Counted from the whole stretch's first letter, positions 24,137 to 36,046 are shown. The stretch: 61,964 nt of DNA, filler included, from 13 parts of 13 records of this genome joined end to end with filler, not necessarily neighbours in it, one strand, 5' to 3'. The notes: generated by a model not told the origin, from the letters alone. Program-made: numbers and translations.

Positions 24137-24710
24137 ATGCCCAAGGCTCTGCCGGGTGGGTCTGGTCGGGCGGCAGCGGCTGAGCCGGCTGCGCAGAATT
24201 TAAGCCTGGCGACCCGGTATGGTACGTGGAGACCTCGGGTGCGCCGCCGGGCCGGGCAGCCGGCTCAGTGCGCGCAGGCAAGCAGGAAGGCGAGGACGGG
24301 TGCCACGCTGGGGCGGTGCAGGCGGTGGACAGCGGCAAGGGAACGGTGCCGGCTGGCTGGCTGGGCGGGCCGAGGCTGCGGCAGTGCACGGTGCTGGTGG
24401 ATGACGACAGCAGCGTGTTCGACGGGGAGAGCAAGACGGCCGCGCTGCTGAAGAAGGACCCCAAGGGCAAGAGCGAGCTGCAGTACGCCGCCCTGCGCGA
24501 CCCAGACTTCTTCGAGCGAGGGTGCCCAGCCGGGCCGGCCGGGCGGCCAGCCGGGGGCAGTTATGACGACATGGTAGACCTGCAGTTTCTCAACGATGGC
24601 GAGCTCAACGCCAACCTGCGCACCCGGTGCGGCCCGGCCCGGCCAGGGCGGACGGCGGGCAGGTTCGCGCAGGACCTGTCCTACTGCTACTGCGGGAACA
24701 CGTGCGTGGC
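24137..24710 (+). CDS. Myosin heavy chain, 5' end only (N-terminal SH3-like + start of motor)
   Basis: Spliced MPKALPEFKPGDPVWYVET...YDDMVDLQFLNDGELNANLRTRFAQDLSYCYCGNTCV matches the start of the myosin head; five ~40-nt introns. Confidence 0.85.
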
Positions 24711-25022
24711 NNNNNNNNNNNNNNNNNNNNNNNNNNNNNNNNNNNNNNNNNNNNTTAATTAATTAANNNNNNNNNNNNNNNNNNNNNNNNNNNNNNNNNN
24801 NNNNNNNNNNCGGGGCGATAAAGAGGGGAAGGGGGCTGATGTGCCGTGGCCGGGCGGGCTGGAGTCTCCCGTTCGGGGGTGGCGTAGATGGACGTATAGT
24901 AATGCGGTTCGCCCCCTAGGGGACAGGCCTGGTAGGTGAACACTCCCACATGGCCAGCCGGAGCTGCCTGCCTGAAGACCCGAGGACGGGCCAAGGAAAT
25001 TCGCTACGATTACGGTTTGGAG

Positions 25023-28000
25023 ATGGCGGCCCTTTTGGGAGGCGACACCCTTGCGCGCAAGGAGTTAGCCGAAGGTGGCTCGGACGGGCTGTGCTGGTGT
25101 GATTCGGCGGGCAGAGAAAGGCCGGATCGACCAGCGGCTCAAGTCGATGGGCTGCAACATCGACCAGACCTCGATCCTGACCACCAAGCAGCGGCAGGCC
25201 GCCGTCGAGCTCTTCCGGGGTATCGACGAGGACAAGAACGGCTTCCTCTCCCAGGAGGTGTCGCCCGGCCGCGGGCATGACTGACCACTCCTGCAGGAGA
25301 TTGAGGACGCGTGCGGCAACTTGCTCGGCCTGACAAACGGGATGCGCGAGGCGGCGGAGGAGGCGGGAGCCCGGCGGGTGCGGCGGCTGAGGGCGGGCCA
25401 GATGATGGCCTCGCTGGATTCGAAGCTGTACAAGACCAAGTTCTCCAACTTCCGGACCGGCAGCGGGGAGGAGGTGGTCAAGCACCAGGAGACGCAGCTT
25501 GGGTGCCGGCCACCCTCGGCCCGGGGCCAGCGCCTGGGGCAGCGACGGGAACGTGGAGCTGGCCGAGTGGCTTCTGTACCTGCGGCGGGTGAAGCAGGAG
25601 AAGGTGAGCGACATGCTCAAGCACCCGATGTTCAGCACCGAGCAGGCAATCGTTGCTGCCAACAAGGGTGCCTGCCCGCCGGGGCCTCTGTTCACCCGCC
25701 GCAGGGATCGATAAGTGGTTTCGCAACATGACGATGGACCTCCGGATGTGGCAGCAGTATCGGCGCGAGGAGAAGATCGAGCGGCAGCAGGCCGTCCGCG
25801 AGCGGCAGTCGCTGGAGCGGACCAAGCCGGCCCGAGCGAGCAGCCCGCCGGCGCGGAGCTCGACAAGGACTGACCTCTACAACCTGGCCCCGATCACCCG
25901 CAAGACGGCCATACTGCTCTTCCGGCAGATGGATATGGACAAGAGCCATTCGCTCGAGCCCGAGGTGGGCGCCCAGCTGGCCTGCTGAGCCGGCTGCAGG
26001 AGGTTATCTGCCTCTTCTCGGCCGGAGGGCGCGCCGAGGAGATCAGCAGCCAGCTGGATCGGTCCGGGCCGGGCCGGGATCGGCTGAGTGCGGGGCAGCA
26101 ACGGGGACGGGGCGATTGGTCTGGACGAGTGGCTGGCCTTGCTCCGGAAGATCAAGCGGCACGCAGTCTCGGACGCGCTGGGCGAGGCCCCGGAAGAGTT
26201 CGGCCCCGCCTCGCACGCCGGCGAGCAGGCGGTGGCTGATGTGTTCGCTGAGGTGGAGCGGTGGGCCCGGCCGGTGGGCGGGCGGTGAGCCGTGCGGGCA
26301 GAGGGCTCAAGAGCGATCAAGTGCTCAAGACGAGGCGGATAGTCAGCCAGCGGAAGGCCGATATCAGCAAGGACAAGCGGCTGATGCGCCCGATGGGCAG
26401 CACCGGGCAGCTTGGGCTGGGCGAAGGCCGGAGGGCCGAGAGCCCAGATGTGAAGAAGAAGCGAGCCCAGCTGTACAAGGCCAAGACCGACAGGATCAAG
26501 CTGCAGTACACGCCCGCTCGCAGCCTCAACTACGACGGCGGCGAGCCACACCCGTTCAGCGGTCCGGGCTCGAGCGTTAGGGACTGGCACAAGCAGCCGC
26601 TCAAAAGCGTGGTGGAGACCAAGGCCAGGGAGAGCGCCATGGCCAAGGTGACCAGGCCGCTCAGCCGGCAAGTGAGCTGCGCTGCACAGGCCGCTGTGCA
26701 GTCCGCAATCCACAGAGCGGGCGCGCGTAGCTCAAGCCACCAAGAGTGAGGGCGCGAGCTGGCGGGCTGATTCGGGGCTGTAAAGGTACCTGCAGACCAC
26801 CGAAGCTCTCAACGTGCGGCTGGCCGACACCAAGCACGCCCAGTCGTCGCTGTATGCCAACCTCGAAGTGACTGACAAGGCGCTCCGGAGCATCACCGAG
26901 GTGCGGCCTTGTGACGAGCTCAGAGCTAGCCGCCGGGCAGGCCGCCGAGGCAGTGACTCAGACGCTCGAGCGTGAAGCCGACTACGTGGAGGAAATCCTC
27001 TTCCTCAAGGAGACCCGGGCCAAACGACCGGTGCCTGCCCGCAACTGAGGAGAGATCTGACTGACTTCCGATCCAGGAGAGCGAGAGGGTGGTGGACCGG
27101 GTCACATGGGCCATCAAGAGCCGCCAGGAGGAGCTCGGAGCCGAGTCGCACAGGCAGCTGTTGGGCAAGGTCGGGCCGAACGCCAGCTGGTGCTGAGTCT
27201 GTCCAGATGGACAAATTGCGCAAGTCGCTCAAAAAGCTGCAAAAGAAGCTCAACATCGAGCTCGGGACCAAGTTGGTGGCCGGGGTAGTCGACGTCGAGG
27301 TGTTGGCAATGGAACCGCAAAGCGACCCACCGGAGCAAGCAGCCTCGCCGGCAAAGGTCTGCGCGCGCGTGAGTTGCGACTGACAATTGATGCTTCAGGA
27401 AACAGTTGACGGCAGCGAGATGGTCACTTTACCAGCAGATAGGCGCAGACTGTTTGAACGGTATGCAGGGACACAGGTCAAGCCCCCAGCGCGTACAAAG
27501 TTGAGCTCCAGGGGCAGATATTGCGGGGAACGCATCTCAAGACTACGCCTACGTTTGCTGAAGTCCAGGAGTCGGTCACGCTGATGGATCCTACAGAGTT
27601 CATCAAGCTGTGCAGCCAGTTTGGGCTGGAGACAATCCTGGGCACTAGACAGCTCATGGACATCTTCCACGCACACTGTGTCGAGAACAAGGGCAACATG
27701 ACCGTCAATGAGTTCATGAGGTGTGCCAAAAAGCTAGAGGAGACGTGCCACAAGTACCAGAGGCAGTGGGCCATCAGCAAGCCGGACCCATCTCCAGGCC
27801 CGCGCCTGAGAGACACTAGCTTGAGTGTGCTGGAAAGCAAGGGGTCGATCAATTGGACAGGAGTGCAGCAGCGGAGTGGCTCCCCAAGGAAGAAGCCACT
27901 GCACGAGACAATAGAGTTGCCTCTTGCCGAGCCGACGTCCTGGAAAAGGGCCTTGCGTGAGCTGACTGAAGAGACCGAGAGATATGCCAAAGAGACAGCG

Positions 28001-28539
28001 CGTCTAATCAAGAAAGTGAGCGAATTTGTTGTAGTTGAAGAGAGCAAGGATGTGGAAGCAAGGAAACGAATTATTTCTGCTCTTCAGCAGAAGCTTCACC
28101 AGACTGAGGACCAGATTCCTCCACTGCAGAAGTCCATGACCAAGGCACAGACAGACATGGAGGAGGCAGTCGGGGAGCTGGAGAGAATCACAGGTCGACA
28201 GCAGGCAGTTGATGATTTCCTCGAGGTGAGATCCGTAGCTGTGAGAAGGCATGTGAGCTCAAAATTGATTGGCAGGTGGCTGTAGCTCGGCTTGGAAAGA
28301 GAGTTGAGCGGCCACTGGAAGAGCAGGCGAGGGATCCAGCACATTACTTGCTAGAGAAGGAGATTCGTCAAACAAAGAGCGAACTCAGCAAGCTCAAGGC
28401 TGACTATGATCGGATCTGTCGAAATATTCACGAGCTTGCAAAGTTGCGTGATCGCCTGGAAATCGAAGTGACGGAAAAGAGAGCGGCAGTCGACTTGGAC
28501 ACAGAATGTTTGACACATCTCTCAGCGCATGTGGCATGA
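25023..28539 (+). CDS. Tektin-like protein with N-terminal EF-hands and an internal EF-hand/p25alpha-like insert
   Basis: EF loops DEDKNGFLSQEE, DMDKSHSLEPEE, DRNGDGAIGLDE; tektin-like halves KETRAKRPESERVVD...ELGTKLVAGVVD and RLGKRVERPLEEQARDPAHYLL...EKRAAVDLDTECL; more than 15 short introns. Confidence 0.75.
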
Positions 28540-28968
28540 CGAAAGTGATTGCCAAGTTCCTAGCCCGAGCATTATACACCATATTTTCAAGAACACTTAG
28601 TTCAGAATCTGAATTGTGCAGCTCCACAGCTTCGTACAATAATTATCGTACAAGACTACATGACATTATAATAAAATGAGTGACCTTGTAATACCTTGGT
28701 AACCTTGGCTGTTGTTACGTCGATGTCAATCATGAATTGAATCAATCATTTAATAGGTGATAGACGTTGTATATTAGTTGTATATCAATCTTTAATGTGC
28801 GTAGATCAATCTTTGAACATCAATTAAAAGCTTAATTACAAGAAGCCGTGCAACATCAGATCCAAGAGCAAATCAAGGACACATGCAACATGCATTGGGA
28901 ATTTCACATGTTCCATTCAACGTAATGTATTACACCGACTCACAGAGTACCTTGGAAAATGCAAGCTG

Positions 28969-29538
28969 TCATCTTGATTCTCTCCGTGGCTTCTTGTGAC
29001 TGCTGTGGCGGAACGAGTCGCTTTCTCGTGGATAATCATTCCTCCTACCTGGCTGATAATGGTCGTTTCTGCGTGGACCCTTGGAGTTTAGCCTGTCTCC
29101 TCTATGCATGTTTCTACTGCTACTCTCGTGGCTCTCGTGATATGAATGATGGCTCCCTTTGTGCTGGTAAGACGACCGCGCTCCGGAGCGTCTCTGTGAA
29201 CTGTTCCGATGATCGCGGTCACGGTCCTCTCTAGACCGCTCTGGCCTCAGGGGTGCCTCGTCTGCACTTCTCTTGCCCCTCCGTATCTCGCCCTTCTCTG
29301 CCTCGTGTCGGTCCTTGGCAGGAGGCTCGGACTGATGCTGTGCTTTGCTTGGTGAGCTCATGTTGGGAAGCTCCTCCACAATAGCTTTTTGAGCGTCAAC
29401 AAGCTGCTTCAAATCTTGTATTGACACAGAGGCGCATTTCTCCCATTCTAAGGGCGGCTTGCTCAGACCGGCCTCGCAAGTGTGCTTAGAAACACTGTTC
29501 CATTCATCACACGCTTTGCCAAACAACTGCTTCATCTC
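28969..29538 (-). CDS. 3' part of a hypothetical protein with R/D/S/H-rich tail
   Basis: 188-aa frame open to contig end. Confidence 0.55.
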   Translation of the reverse strand, partial: EMKQLFGKACDEWNSVSKHTCEAGLSKPPLEWEKCASVSIQDLKQLVDAQKAIVEELPNMSSPSKAQHQSEPPAKDRHEAEKGEIRRGKRSADEAPLRPERSREDRDRDHRNSSQRRSGARSSYQHKGSHHSYHESHESSSRNMHRGDRLNSKGPRRNDHYQPGRRNDYPRESDSFRHSSHKKPRRESR

Positions 29539-29638
29539 NNNNNNNNNNNNNNNNNNNNNNNNNNNNNNNNNNNNNNNNNNNNTTAATTAATTAANNNNNN
29601 NNNNNNNNNNNNNNNNNNNNNNNNNNNNNNNNNNNNNN

Positions 29639-29917
29639 AGACCGGTGCACGCTCGCCGACGTGTTGCATGACCCGTGGGTCACCGGCAACTTTATGCCGT
29701 CGAGGGACTCAAGCACAGCATTATCATTGTCGAATGATGCAGCGTGGTTGCGGCCAGACACTCGAGTATCTGATCTGTGATCCCGATTAATATTGGCGTG
29801 TCTAGCATGCGATGTGGTTGTAGCGGGGTAGGGGCTAGGGTAGGGGCTTGATCTAGAGGCCGATTGAGCATTGCTCGAATAGCGGAATGAGCAGACTTGT
29901 AGAGGACGGAATGGCAT
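29639..29917 (-). CDS. Possible 5' part of a hypothetical protein
   Basis: Frame open into the linker; no motif. Confidence 0.25.
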
Positions 29918-30435
29918 CAGTAACTAGTGCCGATGCTGTAGAGGGTTTGACACTTTAATTAATTAACAATCATGTGTACACAATCATGACTTGTAACGAT
30001 TGTGTACAATATTTTTACAGTGACGATTGATCAGTTTCCTGCTTGTTTTCTGATTTCCTGCTAATTTCCTGCCAGGTCCTTGTATCAATTGAGCACACTG
30101 AAGAGGATAGATGTGTCATTGAAAGCTGATTGATTCAAACTCAGAGATCATCCTAAAAAATCTTGTGAGCGTATAGAGTATGTTGGTTCCTATGTTGAGT
30201 GAGCAATAGAGCATGCGGGTTTCTGTCAAAGAGGGCAGCAGCGCTGAGTACAAACAGGAACCCAACACCTGCCAATGATCTGTGGTTATTCTCGGTTCTG
30301 TGGGCTCTTCACCGTGTAAGTCTGTGTGGATGAGAAGGGGTCGCCTCGAGACAGTATCCCCGCGCACAGGAACAGCGGGAAACTCCATCGTGCGGCCTCC
30401 AGACCACCACCTGTACTTATACTGGTAAGAGGCCC

Positions 30436-32774
30436 TTATTGCCACGTACGATTGTATGTGCTATAGATCCCCGAAACCTTCCTTGGTACCTACCGCCACA
30501 GGGATCAAAGCAGTGCTCACTTGGGCGCAAACACCTGTAAGTTTGGTGCATTCCTCCGGATCGCCTTCCCAATTGGTTGGCGCCGCCAAACCTCCCGAAG
30601 GATGGTCCTCGCGCTCACTCCGCGCTTCATTACAACGAAAAAGTGCTTCCAGAACACAAGCACTCCCAGCAGCGTGTTGCTCAGGATAGCGGCATACCTG
30701 CAGTACGATTAAGCGCGGCAGCTCTGGTTTAGCCACCAGGCTAATTTGAAGAAGCTAGTCTTTCCACTTGAGGTGCCCTCCTGTTTATGAATTTGATTTC
30801 TGACACAGGTGCCACAGTGAGCTGTCGACCGGCGCCAGCAGAGCACCTGAGCTGGTTGATTTGATTATTTAATCGGATTAGATCCGCATTCTTAAGATTC
30901 GTCTCGGACTGCTGAAGTTCAGAGAGGGTAGCCATGCTGCGAGCTTTCTTCATTTTTGCCGCCTGATGGACCTGCAACTGAGTTGTGAGCGCTTAGCAGC
31001 AAGGGCGGCGACCATGCTCCGCTGAGTCTGACTGTCCATTCCCATCAGCGATGACGCACTCACATTCCTAGGAATCTGCCGCACCAGCCACTCAAGACAA
31101 CTATCATACCCCAGCGCGCACCATACTACGCGAGGCCTGGCCATCTGCCCCCATCTGCAGCCCGGGAGAGCCAGCGCCCCAAGACTGCCATTGCCCAGTG
31201 TGCAACTGACTGTCCATCGTCTTCAGTGACGCGCTGCTCCGGATCCGCGGCCCCTGTGTGCTACCGTTAGGCGGATGCAGCGAGCGTGGGTCCGACCATA
31301 TCACCCCTAGTCTGGCGGTCCATCCCCATGAGTGAGGTGGTGCTCCGCGGGCGAGGCATCTGCTCAGCCAACGCTAGCCAACAGGCCAGCACCGCGCCAC
31401 CTGTGGAGGCAGCAGCCACTCCGCGCCGTGCTCGGGGTAGTCCTCGTCCTGCTCATCCCGCCAGCTCGGGCTCCACATTGAGTGCGATGCGCCCGACAAA
31501 TCCGAGCCGGCTGCCCCGCCAACGCTCGCCTCCGAGCTACAGGGGGCAGCGCACAAGACATCGAGTTCGACGAACTGTTGCGGCTCCGCATCCCCATTCC
31601 ACTGCCCATTCCACTGCCCAGAACGCCCCTATGAGTCCGCATCCGAGGCTGGAGGCCCGTCTCCTCATCCCATTCCTCTGATAGTGGCAGCAAAGCCTGC
31701 GCTGACGCTTTGATCTGCCCCCAATGCATGAGCTGCAGCGAGCCGGCTCAGCGCCTGCCGAAACAACGGGTGGGCGGCAGCCAGCTGCTCCTCATTCTCA
31801 ATCACAGCCCAGGACAGCCCATCCGTGCTCAGTGCAAACAGCGCGTCGGCCGCCACAGCGCGCTCCAGCACCTGCATTCGAGCGCTACCGGGCCGCCCAG
31901 GTCGCAGTGGACACCTGCACCGCAGAGGACTGTTCGACGGCCTCGGGCTCTAGGGAGTCGACTAGCTCCCACACCGATTGATCCAGCACCATCAGCCTGC
32001 GCCGCTCTCTCAGTACAGCCCGCCGGGGCTGGCTACCCAGTCTCTACTGCTTCCCATTGCCCGGACCCCGGCCCTATGCCCTTCACCTGCGCCACGTAAG
32101 CGAGTGCCAGCACTGACCAGACCCACCGGCACCGCCGGTCCGGTCCCTGTGACAGGCGCAGCAAGCCTGAGCACGCTCAAGTCGGCTGCGAGCTTGTCTG
32201 CATCCCCCGCCGGCTCCACCAGCACCAGGCTGCACGGCAGATCGCTGTCGACATCCCCGGCGCAGCTGGCCGAGCACAGCCGCATTACCAGTTCGTTCTG
32301 GTACACCCGCTTCGAGCTCATCAACAGGAACCGCCTGTGCCCAGCTCGCAGGCTCCCCGGCCGTGGCGGGCACCGCCCGGCAAGGTATCGACGGCAGCTT
32401 TGGATGGCGGCCAGCGGGCTCCAACGCTCTGCTGGAAGCTGCACAAAGTGCGTGGTCAGGTGAGAGAGCGAGCGCTGAGCCTCGACGCAGTCCCGGACCT
32501 CCTGCCAGGCCGATCAGGGGGCGGCGCAGCGCGCCGGTGCACCCCATAGTGCTTGGGGTTGATCGCGAGGACCAGGTCGCTGACCCCACCCATGGCGACC
32601 GCGTGCAGCAGGTGCACGATCACGGGTGTCCCGTTCACTTTCAGGAGCTCACGCGGCCGGCCTGCCCGAGCACTCTAGCCCGCCGCCGCACCGAGCGCCA
32701 CCTTGGTGCAGCACCGATTCGCACAGCACCAGCGCGGTGTCGACAGCCGCCGGTGTCCGGCCTGGCGCCGACAT
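30436..32774 (-). CDS. Degenerate nucleotidyltransferase (NTP_transferase/GT-A fold)-like protein with coiled coil and C-terminal TM helix
   Basis: Spliced VDTALVLCESVLHQGRPRELLKVNGTPVIVHLLHAVAMGGVSDLVLAI...AVETGLMVLD...WAVIENEEQLAAA; tail WYAAILSNTLLGVLVFW. Middle exons only partly resolved. Confidence 0.65.
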
Positions 32775-33029
32775 GCTGCTCCCGTCGGCCGGGAGCGCGC
32801 CGCGTATGCTCGGCCGCCGCGTTCAGCGTCCCGCGGGGAGCGGTTGGTGGTGGTGGCCGAGATCCGTGCAGTCGCGGCCGGCCCTACGATCGACCCCGAG
32901 CAGCAGTGCCCGGAAGGCACGAATCTCTANNNNNNNNNNNNNNNNNNNNNNNNNNNNNNNNNNNNNNNNNNNNTTAATTAATTAANNNNNNNNNNNNNNN
33001 NNNNNNNNNNNNNNNNNNNNNNNNNNNNN

Positions 33030-33735
33030 GGGCGGGGTGCTGATGCTGTCGCTGCTGGTGCACGAGTCCATCACGCAGCTCAGCGGTGATATAAAAAAAT
33101 ACGACTGCAACCTAACCATTCCGGAGCTCGAGTCGATTGCGAGCCTGGTCAAGCGCACGGTGCAAGTGAAAGACGGGCCGGCGGTGCTCTGGGACGACCA
33201 AGCGGGCATGTTCAAGCCCTCTACTGCAGCTGTGGCAGGTGGGCTGGCTGATATATGGGGCAGCGCCTTCGCAGTGCACTATCGGATAGCGAGCGATTAT
33301 CAAATTAGCCGGATTCTCAACTGGTGGACGAACCGATCGAACAGCGATGGCGTGCTGCAGGCCGGGCAAGTCCGGCACCTCGCGGCGGGACAGCACTGGC
33401 CTGCGGGCTGGGCCAGATTCCAGCAGAACGGAGAGTACGAAGCCTATCAAAACGGGGGGTTTTGGGCGACGCCTGTCGGCTGGACGCTTCCAGTAATAGC
33501 CCAGGCAGACCCGGATCGCGCCAAGCAGCTCGTGCAGGAGGCGATCCTCGAGGCGCAGAAGCATTCGTTGTGCGAGTGGGTCAATTTGAATTACTGCGCC
33601 AGCTGTGCCAAAGCGGCTCGATTTGATATCGTCGGGCTTAGTCCGTATCCAACCACTGGCCAGTTGTTCGGAGTCAAGAACTATGGCGCTAGCATCGCCT
33701 CCGTGTGGAGCGCTGCCCGCGATCTCATGCCGTGA
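33030..33735 (+). CDS. 3' part of a six-hairpin glycosidase-like protein, intronless in the visible part
   Basis: DIWGSAFAV, GQVRHL, YQNGGFWATPVGW, KNYGAS motifs. Confidence 0.6.
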
Positions 33736-33851
33736 CCGGTTTGAAAGAGCGTACTGTCGGAGCCCTATGAGCTACCTATGAGCACGGTTAATTATTTTAT
33801 CAAACAACGGTTAGAAGTTTGATTTCAATGTATAATTGTATAACTATTGTG

Positions 33852-35087
33852 TTATGAAACGAGTTGGGCGGACCAATACGCGGCGTAGCAGACAGCTAGA
33901 CTCAGGCACGCTATCACCTTAGTTTTGTGCATCTTCCAGCCGTGCACAGGGTCGTGAAGCATCACAAACGGGAACGGGCACTCCGGGGCACTGCTGCCCA
34001 GCCCCAGAGGGCAAGCCGTCCCCGTAGCGCCGGTCAATGGACAGACGCCTTCCTTGCCCTCTGACGAGCTGATCGGACCGGTTGGTTCATCAGCCTCGAA
34101 AGCTGCCTCGGGTAAGAGTGCAGTCTGAGAGTATTCGGCTAGTGTCCCGATGCACGGATAGGCCGCCCCCAACTTGGCTGCCCAAGAGCAGCATCCAGAC
34201 GAATCATACTCAAGGTCGTCCAGATGCGCCGAATCCAACGACATTTCGGCCAGGCATCTGGTGACTTCGTGGCCTGCAAATAAGCAGTACGGGCCATCAG
34301 GCGAATACGAGGCTGACTCGCTCACATCCAGCACCCGTCCGCCCACGCTGAGCCAAATGGTCTCGCACAGCACCCCGTTATGCTGCTGGAGCTCAGCCAG
34401 CCCGATCAGACGGTCAAACTGGTGCACCGGTCGTTGAGCGCCCGCCCGGCTCCGGAGCACTGACGGCTGGAGCGCCTGAGCCTCGTCCATCACCGCCTCA
34501 GTCAGCTGATATATACGAACAAGCACCGGAATCAGCCGCTGCCTGTCCAGCCCTTCAACCCGATCGAGCCGCGCCATGTACTGCTGCACGTACTTGTGCG
34601 CCGGCACCCCGCCTAGCTCGAACTTGTAAGACTGGGCTGGCTTGTCCATCTTGCGCAGGCAGCCTCCCAGGAACATCCCCCCGGACAAGAAGGCATTGTA
34701 GTGCAGAAAGTGGTGGCAGAGCATCAACTGCGGCTCAGCCCGCTGTGCCGTGCTGAGGAGCTCGCTCAGATATTGCTGGGTCGCCCTGCTCTCCAGCGCC
34801 GCGGTCGGGTCGACGCCCCAGCCGGCCAGATCGCTGGCAAGGGCGCCGCACCGGGCGAGGGCTGGATCCACCAGCGCTGCTGGGATCTCGGCGTCGGTCT
34901 CGAGCACAGAAAAGATCTCGAGCATGCAGCGCAGGTAGTGGACGTATGCCTGGCTGGTGACCGTCTGGTCGTATATGGACTGCATCAGCGGGTGCTCCAT
35001 CGTCTTATCATGATGCTGGGCTGTGGCGGCCAGGAATGCCTTGCAGTGCCCGTCCCGGTCGGTCAGACCGCCGTACTTGCTGCTCAT
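33852..35087 (-). CDS. Heme oxygenase-like + MAPR-type cytochrome b5-like fusion with CP motifs and C-terminal anchor, intronless
   Basis: HO: ATAQHHDKTMEHPLM, YVHYLRCMLEIFSVLE, LARCGALASDL, CHHFLHYNAFLSGGMFLG. b5/MAPR: IWLSVGGRVLDVS..SYSPDGPYCLFAGHEVTRCLA...YPCIGTL. Start placed at MSSKYGG because the upstream extension overlaps mS34. Confidence 0.85.
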   Translation of the reverse strand: MSSKYGGLTDRDGHCKAFLAATAQHHDKTMEHPLMQSIYDQTVTSQAYVHYLRCMLEIFSVLETDAEIPAALVDPALARCGALASDLAGWGVDPTAALESRATQQYLSELLSTAQRAEPQLMLCHHFLHYNAFLSGGMFLGGCLRKMDKPAQSYKFELGGVPAHKYVQQYMARLDRVEGLDRQRLIPVLVRIYQLTEAVMDEAQALQPSVLRSRAGAQRPVHQFDRLIGLAELQQHNGVLCETIWLSVGGRVLDVSESASYSPDGPYCLFAGHEVTRCLAEMSLDSAHLDDLEYDSSGCCSWAAKLGAAYPCIGTLAEYSQTALLPEAAFEADEPTGPISSSEGKEGVCPLTGATGTACPLGLGSSAPECPFPFVMLHDPVHGWKMHKTKVIACLSLAVCYAAYWSAQLVS

Positions 35088-35237
35088 CCCGCCGGGCAGA
35101 GGCCGTGTGCCAGTCAGCCAGTCGTCAAAGACCAGCCCTCCGGCTCGATCCGTTGCCAGTGAGTTGGGGCGGCCGTGCTTTGGCCAAGAGCGCCGGAGGC
35201 AGTGAGTGCTTGAGGCCTCGGTGGAGCGCGGGCGGGG

Positions 35238-35569
35238 ATGCCGGCCCGGAGTAAAGCTAAGAACCTGTTCGAGCTGTGCCGGGTGCTCCCAGAATACGGT
35301 CTCGGACGCAAGCTCACCCGCACCTCGTGGAAGAACGAGGAGTCCTACTGGGTGCTCAACCGGGTCAAGCCGTCGCTGGTGCCCCCCGCGCCCGCGGGCA
35401 GGGCCGAGCGAGGGACAGGACGGGCGGCACGGCAAGGCCTGGGGACACCTGACCTGGCGAGGTGCGCGGCGGGCTGAGCCGGCCCCTGACCCGCTCGGCA
35501 GGCGTCAGTCAGCCCGAGGAGAAGAGGATTCGCGGCGTGCTCAAAAAGCCGTGGCGCTACGTTGATTGA
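35238..35569 (+). CDS. MRPS34: Mitochondrial ribosomal protein mS34
   Basis: Two 40-nt introns give KNLFELCRVLPEYGLGRKLTRTSWKNEESYWVLNRVKPSLDGRHGKAWGHLTWRG...IRGVLKKPWRYVD*. Confidence 0.85.
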
Positions 35570-36022
35570 GTCCGGCGTGGCGTCGGCCCGCGGCAGCGGA
35601 CGGTTCCAACTCGGACTGCTCTGTTGGCACGATGGGGGCTCCGGGCAGCGAGGCTGAATCAGTCGGCACAGGGAGTGCAGTGGGTTGCTTCCAGGCTGCC
35701 AGGCTCCTGCAGCATGTGCAGTCCGGAGCTCCAAGGCAGTCGGTTGCGCATGGCCACTAAGGGGCAGGAGGAGTTTGGGTCGTTGCTGACCCAGCACACT
35801 GAACGTGACTATAGTGACCATGACATTGTGCGGGTACAAAGCGGAGAATGGGGGAGAAATCATCTAGTACCCGAGACAATATCAATTGATTAAATCAATC
35901 GAAGGCTGCTTTTTATTTTTATGGTGGAAAGGCTATACGAGTACGCGTAAGCCACAACTGATCGCAGAGTTGCAACGGTATGCATGTGTGCTGTACTTTA
36001 TGCTGCGCTCTAACTATTGACG

Positions 36023-36046
36023 GTACATGATTGTACAATCATGTAC
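36023..36046. repeat. Perfect 24-bp palindrome in an intergenic region
   Basis: gtacatgattgtacaatcatgtac equals its own reverse complement. Confidence 0.95.

Noticed and set aside
35624-35893. Small gene downstream of mS34
   Set aside because: No convincing start or splice model and no recognisable motif.
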